64,000 nucleotides of DNA, taken from contig OZ218953.1 of assembly GCA_965112735.1 (NCBI GenBank), forward strand, positions 3,720,001 to 3,784,000, given 5' to 3'. The DNA is from Phaeosaccion multiseriatum. Taxonomy: Eukaryota; Protista; Ochrophyta, other classes. The notes under the pieces are model-generated. The model saw only the letters and a list, made by a program, of their open reading frames with translations. It was not told where the DNA came from and did no database searches. A program made the translations under genes and the position numbers. This document shows, in pieces, positions 1 through 18,443 of the stretch (positions are counted from its first letter, which is position 1; every line of letters starts with the position of its first letter).

Positions 1-335
1 GGCTTTGGATATCCTTTGACAATAAACAACAAGCAAGATCACCGCGACAAGAAGGGTCGTCCAAACGAGCTGAAACTGAAACTGAGATTTCCCTTTTTTT
101 TTTTGCCAAGGTGTGTTTGGTGTTCTTACACCCTTGTGTTTTGCTTTCGCTCTTTGATTACCTCTCTACCCGAGCCGGGAGGCTAGTCTTGTCCGGATGA
201 TTCTCTTCGGCATGGAATGGGGGCATCGCTCTGGGGGCGACACGTTTTAGCGCCTGTTGCGTGGGCCCTCTTGGTCCTTCACCCTTCTGTTGCCTTCCGC
301 TGCAGCAGCAGCGAAGTGTGTGACACATAGGGAGC

Positions 336-5320
<4,985 letters not shown>

Positions 5321-6149
5321 TGAGACATCAGATCATGTCATGGATGGATGGCAGTGGATGGACGGGACTGCTCGGACCAAGACAGCAGAGCAGAGGAGAC
5401 GGTGGCTAGGGGTTGGGGGCCCGGGGTGGGATTGGGCGTCGACCTTGAAGGTCGAGGCCCTTGGCCTTCATTTGTTACCGACGCTTACAGTAGCAGGGGG
5501 GGAGGGAGGACGGGACGGTTTGTTTTGTTTGTTTCTGTGACCTTTTTACATAATTTTCTTGCGTTTTAGCAGCAGGGAAAGCAAAGGCAGTCAGGCAGCA
5601 GTCAGACAGCCCTCAGACAGCAGTCAGACAGCAGTCAGGCAGCAGGGGTGCAGTTTAAGGTCTGCACATGGAAGCATGGAGGGCGCCAGAGTCTACACAC
5701 AGTCTGCACACAGTCTACAAGGCTGCCCGAGCATCAGTACTTAGTGTCAGGAGAAACCGAGGGGAGGAGGATAACCAATACAATGATATGAATAGACGAG
5801 GAAATTCTTCTTCTTTCTATACGCATTACGCATTACTACTTGTACTTGATTGCGACACAATGCAGTGCCGAGAGGCAGAAGGAAGGAGGAGGCTTCATTT
5901 TTCTTTTAATCAATGGACGCAAGGGGACTCCGCCCCCTTCATTTTGCTTCCTAACTCATCTCCCCCCCTTCCTTGTGGTGCCATGGTATGTACAAGTTAT
6001 TGGTTGTGTCTCAACGCTCTGCTGTGTAACATGTGTCGCGAATAGTGTCATATCCATTCTCTCCTGTCGTGTGTAGCAAGCATGCAACACTACCTTTGCA
6101 CGGAGGGACGGATGTCCATATGCCTTCCTCGTGTCTGCCCTGTCGTTCT

Positions 6150-8403
6150 TCACCCCAGGGCATCCTCTGTTGCGGAGGGAGGAGGAGGCAGAGTTAAACC
6201 CTCCATCTCCGAAGGCAAATCAGCCTCGCCATCGCTGTCTCCTCCTCCTCCTCCTCCTGCTACTGCTACTGCTACCGCTGAAACTGCTGACGGAGCCTCT
6301 CCTCCTCCTCCTCCTCCTCCTCCTCCTCCCCCTCCTCCTCCTCCTCCACCTCCTCCTCCTCCTTCAGTCTGCATCGCCTCCTGCCTCCCGCCCTCCTCCT
6401 CGGGCTCCACCTGCTCCTTGCTCGAGAGGGACGTGGGTGTGGGCGCAGCAGATGGGTAGCCCAGCGGCGGTGGGAGAGCGTTGCCTGCGCCCAGGCCGTT
6501 GCCGAAGCCCTCATCGCCGTCGCCGCCATTTGTGAGGAACTTGGCGTATTCTTTCCGCTCACACTCGCCTGGCTCCCTGGGAGAGATTAGAGGAGAGGGC
6601 AAACGGGCGGCACAGCGGGCATATGTATGCGTAGCAATAGTGGCCGAGAGAGATGGGGGGGGGGGGGTGGCGGAGGGGTCATCAGCGCATGCTTGTTTCC
6701 GTTTTGTCCGCACCACACGAGAGGCGGGAGGACACCGCCACACGCAAAAGTCATCGCTGTATCACCAACTTCACAAGGCGACAGGAGGCTCTCGCTTTCT
6801 GCTTTTTGCAGTGTTGGGAGAACACCTTCATCCTTATACCCCCATTGATCCTCTACATATATACTCACTCGAAGCTCGCGGTGAGAAAGGATCCGTCGGC
6901 GGAAACCACCACCACGGTCTTGGCCGCGTGCCCAAAGGCGCAGATGGACTTTGCCTCCAAGCCGCGCACCTGAGCATAGCTCCACTCAGAGTCAAAGTAC
7001 TTGGGCACACCGGGGAGGAGCTGGGTAGGTGCAATGACCGAACAGAGGGATGGCAGTGGATGGCAGCGCATGGAGGGGGAACGGGGAGGGGGGAGGGGAG
7101 AGAGAGGGGGGGGGTTAGTGCACGGGCAGGTGGGAGGGCGTCACGTGTGGAGGAGGAGGGGGGAGAGGGGGAGAGGAGGAGAGGAGGAGGATGCGGAATG
7201 GAGAGGAGGAGGAGGAGGAGGAGGAGGAGGAGGAGGAGGAGGAGGAGGAGGAGGAGGAGGAGGAGGAGGGGGCGGAGGAAGGGGGATGTGATAGGGGGAG
7301 GAGGCCCACGGAGGAGGGGAAGGAGGTGGGAGAGGGTGGGTAGGGGTAGGCCTCCTCCTCCCCTCCCAGCCCATTGCCTTGGTCTCTGTCTCTATCTGTC
7401 TGTCTTGCCCCCCCTGTCTCCGTCGTTCTTACCTTGGGGATGAAGCTGAGGCCGCTCCTCGCATTCTTAGGCTTGCCCCCCCCCACCCCTCCCTCCCCCG
7501 GTACCCCCCCGCCTCCGCCTCCCTGCTGCAACCCCTCCCCTCTTTCCCGGCCCCCCTGGGACAGTCGACGACCGTCTTCCTCCCCGTCCCCGTCCCCACC
7601 TCTACCTCCGCTGCTGCCCTTCCCCCGTCCCCCCTTGAGACTAAAGATGTGCACGGTGCCCCGATCACTCGAACACGCGAGGAAGGTGGTCGGTTGGTTG
7701 AAGGCGATGCTTCGAAGAAGAAGGGGGGGCGGGGGCAAAAGAAAGGGAAGGAAAGAGGGGGCAAAGCGCAGCAGCACATGTGGGGCATCGAGAGTGGTGA
7801 AAAGCAAGGAAGTGGGAAAGGAGCGAATGAAAGACTGCGGTACAACGGAACGTGTGTACGTACTCGTACGGAATGAAAGACTGAGAACACGGAACAATGT
7901 ACTTGTTCCAACGTGAGAGGAACCCGCCCCTCCTTCGGGACCCATCTGCCCTACTGCTGTGGCTGCCACCGGAGCTTCAGCGACACGCAACCCCATCTCT
8001 ACGCCGCTGATTGCTCTTCTCTTCCAGCCTCTCTTCCACAGCCCATCTGGCATGCCTTGCTCGGTACTGACGGGGCGGCCGAAGCATAACCACACGTAAG
8101 CACACGTAGGCAATACGAACCTGTATATCTCTGCCCGGTCCATCCCCCTGCGCAGCTCCTGCAGGAGCTTCCCGTTGTTTGTATCGAAGATGCGGATCAG
8201 AGTGCCCTTGTCTGAAGCCGTGGCCACTCTGTGGCGAACACGCACCCACACGAGAGGATGAGAGAGCAGGACATGACACAAAATTTGAGTTTGGGGGGTC
8301 AGGGTCAGGCGGTGTATCCCACAAGACTGCAGCTCACCCCGCCCACACACACACGCACACACACACACACACACACACGCACACACACGCACACACACAC
8401 ACT

Positions 8404-8434
<31 letters not shown>

Positions 8435-9678
8435 ACACACACACACACACTTGAGGTGACGTGTTGCTCACCTCGATCCGTCGCTGTTGAGGCAAATCTG
8501 CGCCAACTCGCTCTCATGTGCAGGGATGAGCGTGCTCTTTCTAATGTCGTAGAGCTCGACATTGAGGTGGCCCTTGCTGATGCCCGGGCAGGCCAGCACC
8601 ATGTGGCTGGAGTCGGGGCAAAGGGCCACGAGGCCGGAGTCGTTCTTGATGGTGTTGATCTGGTCCAGCAGCTTCAGATCGCTGCGGTGGAGGGGGGTGG
8701 AGGGGGAGGGTATGAGGAGGGGGTGAGGGTGAGGGGGGTGAGGGGGGTGAGGGGCTAAAGAGAGTCAACGGACACTCCGCAGTCTTAGAAGGAAGCTCCG
8801 CGCTTTAGACTGGACTGCATGCGCAAACAGAACCCCACGCAAACGTCCGCATGCACGCACGCACCTGAATCGGTACACGTATATCTTGAGCGCGAGGGCA
8901 ACGACGACTCTATCCCTGCGAAGCTTGACGGCCTTTACGTCGCTGCGGAAGGACAGCTGCCCGATGCAGCGGTTCTGGTGGTCGTCCCAGATCATTACCA
9001 TGTTGGGTGGATAGCGAGGGTTCCTGCCCCCCCCAACTAGGGCCAGCAGATTGCAGCGAAAGAGCATCTCTACGATGCCCACGCCTCCGTTGCTGAGCGG
9101 CGTGTTTGGGGAATGGAAATAGGAGGAGGAGGACGAGGAGGATGGAGAGCCATACATACAACACACAGGCTCGTCAGACAAAGCCTTGTTCTCCACTGGC
9201 TGCTGCTGCACCCACCTGAACACCCTGCGAAACGTCTCCTTGAAGGGGTCCACATTGTAGATGCGGAAGCCGTTGGCGGTGCCGCACGCAAAGCAGCCTG
9301 CTCGTGTTTTGGGTTTGGTCGGGGAAGGAGGGCACGGGCGGGGCGTGCAGGGAGCCAGTCAGGGTGGGTGGGGGACCGGGGGGAAGGGGGCTGCCTCCAC
9401 CTTGTCAATCTATCTCAGTTTTTAATGCCTTCTTCCCAATCCCTGGCTCAAGTCCCCTCTTCCACCCCCTCCCCCTAATCGTGCAGCGAGGTGTACAACG
9501 CAGTGTCCAGTCGCCAAGAGTCACTCCGTCTCATCGTCGCGTGTGCGGACCCCACCGCTTTGCCAAGAGAAAGCGCTCTACCTTCTACCTCTCTCCTACA
9601 GAGTCAGTTCGCACCGTAGTCTTGATTGAAGCCCACGAATTGAAGCTCGCTGCTGGCCTGATCCTTCGTCACCAGCAT
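6150..9678 (-). CDS. ATG18: ATG18/WIPI3-4-like PROPPIN (phosphoinositide-binding WD40 beta-propeller) with low-complexity C-terminal tail
   Basis: Exon 1 [21 protein letters not shown], then [75 protein letters not shown]...LQELRRG (LRRG lipid-binding motif), [13 protein letters not shown] and [12 protein letters not shown]. Confidence 0.93.
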
Positions 9679-10729
9679 GATGACTCACAGCCCCACACAA
9701 GCTGCTGCTGCGGCTGCTTTCCCTACTGCCAAGGGGCTTCAACTCTTGGTCTTCCCTCCTCCTCCGCCCCTCCTCCGACGAGGCCGCGCTATCCCTTTTT
9801 TCCGAGCTTGCAACGCCGTTCTTGGGGGGGATCTATCGCCTCTTGAAAGGGTTGTGAGGGACCACCACAGCTTTCTATTGCGTCGTTGCTTAAGCTGTGC
9901 CTCCCAGCCTCCTTATAAACACGAGGGGAAGAAGCTCACTCTTGGGCAAGGAGACGGTTCCCTTCGTACATAGGCCTCTTTCTCTCTGCAACGTTCCGCG
10001 CCACAGGGACGAACACCACCTTTACAGTGTAGAGGGTTGAAAGAGAAGACTATAAAGGGGAGAGATCCTGATGCGCTGCTCCTAAGCTCTCCTCTCTAGG
10101 CGCGTACAAAAGAAAAAAAAAAGACCGGGGGGAGGAAAGGTTCAAGAAACTGGAACTTTGTCGAGGCCTTCCTCGACATTCTTACCATTTCTCCTCTCCC
10201 CTCGCTTGCTTGTCATCGCTTTTGGGTGAGTCGTTCCGTGCAGGAGGGCACACTTCTCTCTCTCTCAGCTCCAACGCCGCCTTGAATGACGCTGCCTCTC
10301 TTCCTCCCAATCTCCTCCGTCTTTCTCTTCCCCCCCTTCTTAATCCTGCTGCTGCTGCTGCTGCTTCTCTTTTTTTTTTCTGAATTTTTGACTCGTACTC
10401 TTCCAGAGACCAAAGCTCGCTTAAAACACAGCGGCTCTGTGGGAGCGATCCTCCCATCCTCCCACTTCAGCTGCTAGGAATATTGCACGGGCGTTCACCG
10501 CTCGTTTCTTTGGTGAACTGCAGGTCAGAAGGAGGGGGAGAGCAGCGCAACCGGGGGGGCACTCCTTCCTCCTCAAGTGACTCTACCACCGCTTGGCTTC
10601 GGGTTGCACGCCTTTGGCGAGCCACGCTTACCGGTAGTGGCACTCTGAACACCAAGGACCTCCGCTGCGTGTCACCGCCGGAGGGCTTGCCCTCAAACCC
10701 CTGCAGCAACAGCAACATCACGGCCAGGT

Positions 10730-11817
10730 ATGCATCAGGGAGGCAGGGGAGCTGGAGACGGGTACGCGGACCAGCGCCTGCAGCACGCTCAGCAGCAGCA
10801 CCACCTCCTTCAGCAGCACCAAGGCCTGGCTGCGGCGCACCAGGGGGGGCACCTGCCGCCGCACGTATACCCCCCGGGGGGGGCGGCGCACATGAGCCAC
10901 TTCCAACAGCACTTGGCGCAGCAGCAGCAGGCCCACTTTGAGTACGAGCAGAAGCAGTACTTCGAGGCGCAGGCCAGGGCCGCGCATGCCAGGCAGCAGG
11001 GCGAGGGCGGCGCTGGGGAGTACATTGTGGGCGGCGGCGGGGGGGGGGCCTTGACGGCCAGTGGCATGATGATGATGCAGCAGGAGCAGCAGCACCGCAT
11101 GCACATGGACATGCAGCAGCGTCAGCGAGGGGGCATGCTGGAGGCCCGCCCCGAGCATCAGCAACGGCGCCAGCTGCAGGAGCAGGAGGGAGGACAGGTG
11201 GCCCGAGGCGCTGCTGCTATGGCCCCCAAGAAGCGGTAAGGAGATGCACCTGGCCTGCTTTCCCTATCCCTTTTCCCTCCCTCCACCCTCTCTGGTGGCA
11301 TACTTCGCCTTGGATTATCTCTGCGGTGATGGGCAAAAGCAACTTTTCTGTTACATCTGCACTTCAAGCGACCGAAACCGAAACCTTTCACGAAACCTTC
11401 CGTCCCCGATCTACCGGGGTTTCCTTCTTGGATAGTCTCTCTGCCCCCTTCTCCCCGTCTCTCCCTTCCCTCTTTAGCCCCTATGCTCATCTGTCTCTCT
11501 TATCCCCCCCCCTCCCTCTTCCCCGACCCTCATCCTGGGCACCTGCTTCTCTCCCCACCCCAGGCCGCGCCTGTCGCTTCTGCCGGCGGCCATGGCTGAG
11601 CGCTGCACGTATCCACTGCCTTCGGATCTTCCCAGGAACGGTTCTCTCTCCTCGCCCCCCCTTCCCTCGCCCTCCTTCGCCCAAGGAGCCGCGGCAGGGG
11701 CGAGTAGTGACCTCATCTTTGGTCCCACGCCTCTGCATCAAGTGTCTCAGCGCCGCCTCCTCTTCACCAGCAGCCTCCCGGGGGGGGGCACACACATCAC
11801 AGGCAGTAGTAGTAGTT

Positions 11818-11863
<46 letters not shown>

Positions 11864-14800
11864 CACCATGATCAGCATTCGCGGCAGCACGGACAACCAC
11901 GCCAGGGGCGGTGAAGACACTGCTCGCCTTAGCCTTCGCCACCGTCAGCGTCAGCGTCAGGCCGCAGCGCAGGCAGGGCGGGCGCGGCAGCATCACCAGC
12001 AGCAGCAGCGGCAACAGGAGGGGCAGGAGCAGGAGGGGGACGATGGAGTGCTGGAGTTGGCGGTGCCCTCTGTGATTTGGAGGGGCGTCCAGCAGGGCGT
12101 AAGGTGTGTCAGCGCCAGGGAGGCCGAGGAGGACTTGCGTTTCCTGCGAGCTCCGGCGGCGGTGGCGTTGGCTGGTCCAGGCACTGTCACGGACGCCTCC
12201 TCCTCCCTTGTAGCCAAGGCGGGGGGCACAGATGCGATGGAGCCATCATCGGGCGATCCGTCGGCCGAGCCGGAGGGGGAGGGGGTGGCTGCAGTCGCTG
12301 ATGACGATGACGCTGCTGATGATGCTACCAGCGGGGGCGGAGAGGAGAGGGAGGCAGACTCTAGTGGCTCGCCTGTCGAGAAGGACAGTATGGACCGCCC
12401 CTCTCTGCCCGTGCGCCAGAGGAGGACCTCCGCCGCCAAGGCCGTGGCGGCAGCGGCGGCCAAGGCAGGCTCCTCCATGTACGAGAGCTTGAGTAGGGAG
12501 GAGCTGATTCAGCAGGCGGACCTCAGGGAAAAGATGCTGGAGGCGGTACGTAATGTTACGTGTCACGAGCCCGCTTCTTGTCTCACTGCTGTCGCGCTGC
12601 TGATTCGCTGTATCGCTCGCTCGGCGGCGGGCCCGTGACCCCTTGTCCCTTGTTCCTTGTTCCATTTGTGGTAACATTGAGATTGTTCCTTCCCCCTGCG
12701 GAATGGAGCGGAACCACAAGGGCGGTCCAGCCTCAAGTTCGTTTGCCCACCAACCCTGCCAACCCCTGTGTGTGTGTATCCCTTTTGCCCCCTTGGCAGG
12801 AGCCCGAGCGAGAGGCGATGGAGCTGCAGCTGTTGAGCCTGCGCAAGAGCGTCAATCAGGGCAAAAGAGTCACCGCGCTGGAGGCGAGGGACAGGAAGCA
12901 CGTCCTTCGCCCGCTCAGGTAAGGCTATGCAAGGCTATGTAAGGCTATGTAAGGCTATGTAAGGCTATGCCGACCGACCGAGCAGGTAGTATAGGGTAGG
13001 GTCGAAGCAAAAGAGTTTTTGTACCTCCCTCTCTCACCCACGCCGTATGGAATGTGGATTGAAATGCATGACGGGTGATGTTCACGCCCCCCCTCTGCTC
13101 ATTCCCTTCTCCCTTCTTCCCCGGCTCCCCTCGCACCACACCAGGGGCATGCGTCTGGCCGCTGGCTATCAGCTCGTCGTCAAGAGGAGGCTCAATTCGA
13201 TGGCCAGGGACACATTGGTCGCACTGGACGCTAGAGCAGAGGTCCGTGACTTGGACAGGCGTATGGGCAGACAGGCGTATGGGCAGACAGGCGTATGGGC
13301 AAGACAGGCGTGACGCCAGGGATAAAGAGAGAGAGAGTTCGACCCCTGCCCGTGTGATGCTGTCTTGATACACACCTTCCTACCCCCTCCTCTCTTCCCT
13401 CCCTGCTCACACTTGTTATTGTCTTCTGTCGGCTGTTGACGTTCACATTCGTCGTTTCGTGTGTGTGTCTGTCTCCCCTTTGTTCGCCGCTCCTTGTCGC
13501 TGGTGCTCTGCCCACAAGGCAATTTCGCGAGTAAGGGCCGAGATCGAGGCCCTTCGCACGGCCCTGGCGGAAAGGGAGGCCGGTTCGGCGACCCAAGTCA
13601 AGGGGAACAAGCGGCAGCAGAAGCAGCAGCAGCAGCGACAGAAGCAAAAGCAGAAGCAGAAGCAACAGCAGCAGAAGGTGCTGCAGCAAGAGGAGGGGAT
13701 GGCGGGGGGGGAGGACGACAAGACGACCCCGCTGCCGCTGCCTGTACCGCTCAGCAGTGTCGGAGAGGTGGGGAAGGGCAACAAGACGTTGAGGCAGCGG
13801 CAGATCGAGGGGCGGCTGCAGCTCCTGCAGGAGAAGTCTGAGGAGCCTCGCATCGGTCAGCAGATGCACTGTGGCTGTCTGGGGGAGGGGGTGGTGACAG
13901 ACATTCGCGCCATTCCCTTCCGAGGCGTAGCGTCCTACGTGGTGAAGCTTGCCTTTGGGACCGCCTATATAGCGGCGTCCACTGTGATAGTCTCGCCTCT
14001 CGATACAGGGAACGATGCGAATACCACTACTACGACCAAGTTGCGGTCAGTCATCATCCACCCTTCGTTGCTGGGCAAGCAGCAGCAGCAGCAGCAGCAG
14101 CAGGAGGAGGAGGAGGAGGAGGCAGGGGCGCTTGGGGCAGTGGCAGCAACAGGGGCGGGCAAGGCCACTGGCACTCGCACTGGGGCGACGGCATTGCTCA
14201 AGTACATGTGGAGGCGTATGGAGGAGGAGGACCGTTCAAGGGGACAGACGGTGCACGAGGAACTGGGCGGGAATGGCGCCGATACGGACATGTACGACCA
14301 GGAGGACGAGGGAGGGGATGAGGGGGAGGGCGCGGCGGAGGGAGGGGACGAAGACGGAGCAGGGGACCTCACGCTGGTGCTTGACGATGGGGCAGACGAG
14401 GTGAGAGGGTATTGGCGAGGGAAAAGAGGGGAGGGGATGCCTGCGGGCGGAGCGAGGGGGGGGGGGGGGGAGGTATAGAGACATGTCCCTGTCTTCTTCT
14501 GTCTCCCTCTGTCTCTCCCTTTCTGTCGATGTCTGTCCCTCCCTCTTGGCCTCTGTGTCTACCTCGCTGTGTCTCTCTCTTTCCCCCTCGCTTTCTATCT
14601 ATCTCTCTCTCTCTCTCTCTGGGGGTGGAGGGGACTCGATCCAAACTTCATTTACTCACTCGACTTTCTCGGGGGCATCGTCTCCTACGTGCACACTCCA
14701 GTCACCAGCAGCCCCCCCCCCCCCCGTGCTCTCCTCACACCCTCTGTTGTTTTGGCCTTTTCTCTCACCCCTTACACCCCTCCAACACTCCTCTCACCGC

Positions 14801-15791
14801 TCTGAATGGATTGTCCTGTCTGCCCCTTCTGCCGCTCCCTCCTAATCCTCTCCTCCCTTCCGCAGGAGAGTGAGAGCAGCTCCAGCGACGACGAGGGCTA
14901 CGGCCCTGCTTACAACAAGCGCAGTAGCAAGCCCCGGGGGCGAGGTAAGGCCCGCGGGGCAGGTGTGAGCGCGAGCGGCGGAGGAGGGGGAGGAGGAGCA
15001 GGAGCAGGAGGAGCTTCAGCCTCAGTAGCCAAGGCCGAGCGAAGGGCGGTATGGTGGTCCCACTTCTCCCCCGCCGTGCCCTTCGACACGCCTCTGCTGC
15101 TGAGCAGGGCAAGTCACCGGCCTGACCGCACAGCTGGGATGGTGTACGCCCTGCGCAGCCCGGGGGTCAAGGCCCGGACGAGTGGCGAGTTTGGCATCTT
15201 AGAGAGTGGAAGGGCCACTTGGGAGGGATTAGAGGTGGATGAGAGAGTGGTGCCACCACAGCATGAGAAGGAGGGGGAGGGGGGGGGGCAAGGGGAGGGG
15301 GGCAGCAGCAGCAGCAGCAGCAAGTCAGCAGCAGGGTTGCTGGCGATGGAGACGGGGGCGAATGCGGAGGCTGAGGAGGGCGAGAAGGAAGAGGCAAAGC
15401 AGGGGGGGAAGACGAAGAAAGGCGGCGCCCTGAGGGGGCTTGCCCCTGCTGCTGCCCCCTATCAAGAAGAAGAGGGGGGTTGGAATGAGGGTAGTGGCGG
15501 GGCTGGTGTCACCTCCTCCTGCAGGAAGAGGAGGCGCCTCGCACCCGGGCCGGGCCCTGTGCTGGGATCAGGGTCTGCGCTGCAGCAGATGGAGGAGCTG
15601 AGGACCAAGGTGCAGCAGAGGCGAGCGGCGTGTGAGCAGCTGCAGGGCCTGCTGCGCGTCACGGGAGAGAAAGAGAAGGAGCTGAGGAAGGCGGCGGAGG
15701 ACGCGGTGAGGGACAACTTGGCCTTGTGTTCCTTTTGGCCGCGGCTCGGGCTCGGGCTGGGGCTCTGTATTGGGATGGCTCTCTCTGGCTT

Positions 15792-15835
<44 letters not shown>

Positions 15836-17683
15836 GTATCCTTGTTCATAGCTGTGTATACTTGCCGAGGTGTAGGACGAATGGGGCTTCGATCCATCGT
15901 CTCCTTGAAGCGTCGGGCTGTTTGCGGCTTTGTGTCGACCCTCCCCCTTCCTCTTACGGCATGAAAGCTGACTCTCGACGTCCTCTCTGTCTCATGTGCC
16001 CTACCGGTCGACTGCCATTTTCCATCCCAGGCCGCCTGCTGCTTGAAGTTGGAGTACAAGCTCGCCCCCCCTTGTGCCGCCGCAGAAGCAGCGGCAGCAG
16101 AAGCAGCAGCAGCTGCTGCGGCGGTTGGTGATACAGCAGCCGACGGCATGGAGGACGGCACAACGGACACAGCCACGTCAGCAGAGGCGACGGATGATGT
16201 GACCAACGATGGTGACGAAGGCGGGAAGGTCTCGCAGGGGAAAGGAGCGGAGGGGGACCATGACGAAGATCCGAACGAGGAGGAGGGCGACGAGCCTGCC
16301 CCGCGGGAAGGCAAGGCATCCTCGATGGAGAGCAGCAAGGGAGATAAGAGTGGGGACCAAGGCGATGAAGGCGGCGAGGAAGAGGATAGTGATGCTGCTG
16401 CTAAGGCATCTCTCTCGAAGGGGGCGGCCAACGCTCTCAGGAAGGGGGGGAGGAGGAGGCGGAGAGGTGAGAACGAGGAGGAGCAGGAGGTAGAGGAGGA
16501 GGAGGAGGAAGAGGACGACGGAGAAGAAGAATCTATGACGAAGCAAAAGCGGCGTTATACGTATGCAGGGGAGAGGCGGAGAAGGAAGGCTACTCAGGGG
16601 GGAGAGGTGGAGGAGAATGTGGAGGTGGACAGGAGAGGGAGGAGGGCCTGTCGAGGAGCGGGGGGCAAGTTCGTCATGCGAGGGATAGGGGGTGGCGCGG
16701 GTCGGCCTATTCCTCAGAGACGAAGGGCCGCTGCAAGCAGACAGGTGGAGGTGGAGGAAGATGAGGAGCAGAAAGAGGAAGGAGACGAGGGGAAGGATAG
16801 TGGTGATGGTGATGCTGATGCTGATGCTGAGGAGGGGTCGAAGGAGAAGGAGGAAGAGGAGGACGAGGACGAGGAGGAGGGGGGGGGGGGAACTGGAGAG
16901 ATGAGTGAGGAGGAGGATGAGCAGAAGAAAGGGAGCCCGAATGGAGCGAAAGCGAGCAATCGGCGCAGTCGCGGAAGTAGGCGCAACGAGGAGGAGGAGG
17001 ATGGGGATGAGGAGGAGGAGGGGGAGGAGGAGGAGGAGGAGGAGGAGGAGGAGGAAGAAGAAGAAGAGGAGGAGGAGGAGGAGGAGGAGGAGGAGGAGGA
17101 AGGGGTGGGTGATGACCCGGACGAAGGCGAGGACGAGGACGACGATGAAGACGACGAGGAAGAAGAAGAAGAGGACGAGGAGGACGAGGAAGGGGAGAGC
17201 GGAGAGAGTGGAGAGAGCAAGGAGAGCGCGGAGGACGAGGACGACTCCTCCGAGGGAAGCAGCGCCTACGGGGGCGGCAAGAGAGGCGCGGCTCCGTCCT
17301 CTCCTGAGGGCCTTTTCGGCGGCAAGAGGAAGCACAAGGGCTCCTCCTCTGGTGGGTCAGCGGCCGCGGGGGGCGGAGGGGCTGCGAGCAAGAGCAGGGC
17401 AGCAGCGTCCAAAGTGGTGAAGCAGACTCAGGCCATGGCAGCGGCAGCAGCGGCGGCTCTCCTGCAGGAGGAGGGGGACGCGGGGGGAGGCGGCAACGAC
17501 AACAGCAATGACGGCGATGAGGGTGGTGCATCTGATGACGAGGAAGGGTCCTCCAAGTCGTCCTTGCCTCGACGGCCGTCCTCTCGCTCCAAGCGTTTCA
17601 AGGGCAGTTTCAAGGAGACCACGTCTAGGCTGCTGCCGCCTCCCAGAGGGGCCGGCGGGGGGCGCAGAGCAGCATCAGGATGA
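10730..17683 (+). CDS. Large hypothetical protein (about 1700 aa, about 7 exons) with Q/H-rich N-terminus, coiled coils, a possible small SH3/KOW-like barrel and a long acidic/basic C-terminus; probably nuclear
   Basis: Phase-compatible exons 10730-11235, 11563-12545, 12799-12918, 13145-13241, 13519-14400, 14866-15703 and 16031-17683. NLS-like PKKRPR, RKRRRL and GKRKHK. No family recognised; the true start is uncertain. Confidence 0.6.
12919..12970 (+). repeat. 10-bp tandem repeat (AAGGCTATGY x5) at an intron donor
   Basis: gt aaggctatgc aaggctatgt aaggctatgt aaggctatgt aaggctatgc. Confidence 0.9.
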
Positions 17684-18065
17684 GGAGGAGGAGGAGGAGG
17701 AGGAGGAGGAGGAGGAGGAGGAGGGGGGTGGGGGGAATAGGAGATGGATGGCACTTAACGTAACAGACAGAATTTGGGGGGGGGGGGCAGGAGTTGGCCC
17801 CTGTTCCCTTGTGCGCCGTTCTGTCGAGCAGAACGAGGGCACGGCCCTGGGGCGGCGCATCGCAACATCACGAGCCCTTCGTACTTAATTAACGTACGAA
17901 CGATAGAAGAACGGATAGAGATTTTACAGTAGTATACAAGAACGAGAAGAATGAGAAGAACGAAAGAACGTGACGGGGCTTAGGACCCAAAACTCGTCAA
18001 TCATTGGGTCCTCCTTGTGTGTTAATAAATGCCGCATTGAAATGCCGGCTTCTTTTCTTCTCACT

Positions 18066-18431
18066 GGGCCTCGACTCTTCGCCAGGGTAGGGTATGCATT
18101 TTCAGCAAGGGGGGGGGTCCAAGAGGCATACCCGCTTGTCCCAGTGTTCGGCTCGGAGGAGGTTTGGAAGCATACCTCTTATCCCCATTCGTTGATCACT
18201 CGTTCATTTGGCCCCATTTCCGTATGACTGAGCGGACCCAGCCACTCGTAGGATGGACCATGCAGGAGGGTATGGTATGAGGCTCCCCAAGATACATATA
18301 CCCCCCCTGCCCCACTGTCCTCGAATCCCCTGATCTGCACAGCATACCCCATGGCCCTGCGCATTTTCTTCTTTACTACTGAGTAGCTCTAAAAATGCAT
18401 TAGATCCTACCCTGGCGAAAAGTCGAGGCCC
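18066..18431. mobile_element. MITE-like non-autonomous element with imperfect terminal inverted repeats of about 40 bp
   Basis: Left end GGGCCTCGACTCTTCGCCAGGGTAGG..ATGCATTTTCAG matches the reverse complement of the right end GGGCCTCGACTTTTCGCCAGGGTAGG..ATGCATTTTTAG (25/26 over the outer part). Length 366 bp, no coding signal, no clean TSD. Confidence 0.6.
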
Positions 18432-18443
18432 CACGCCGCTCTG

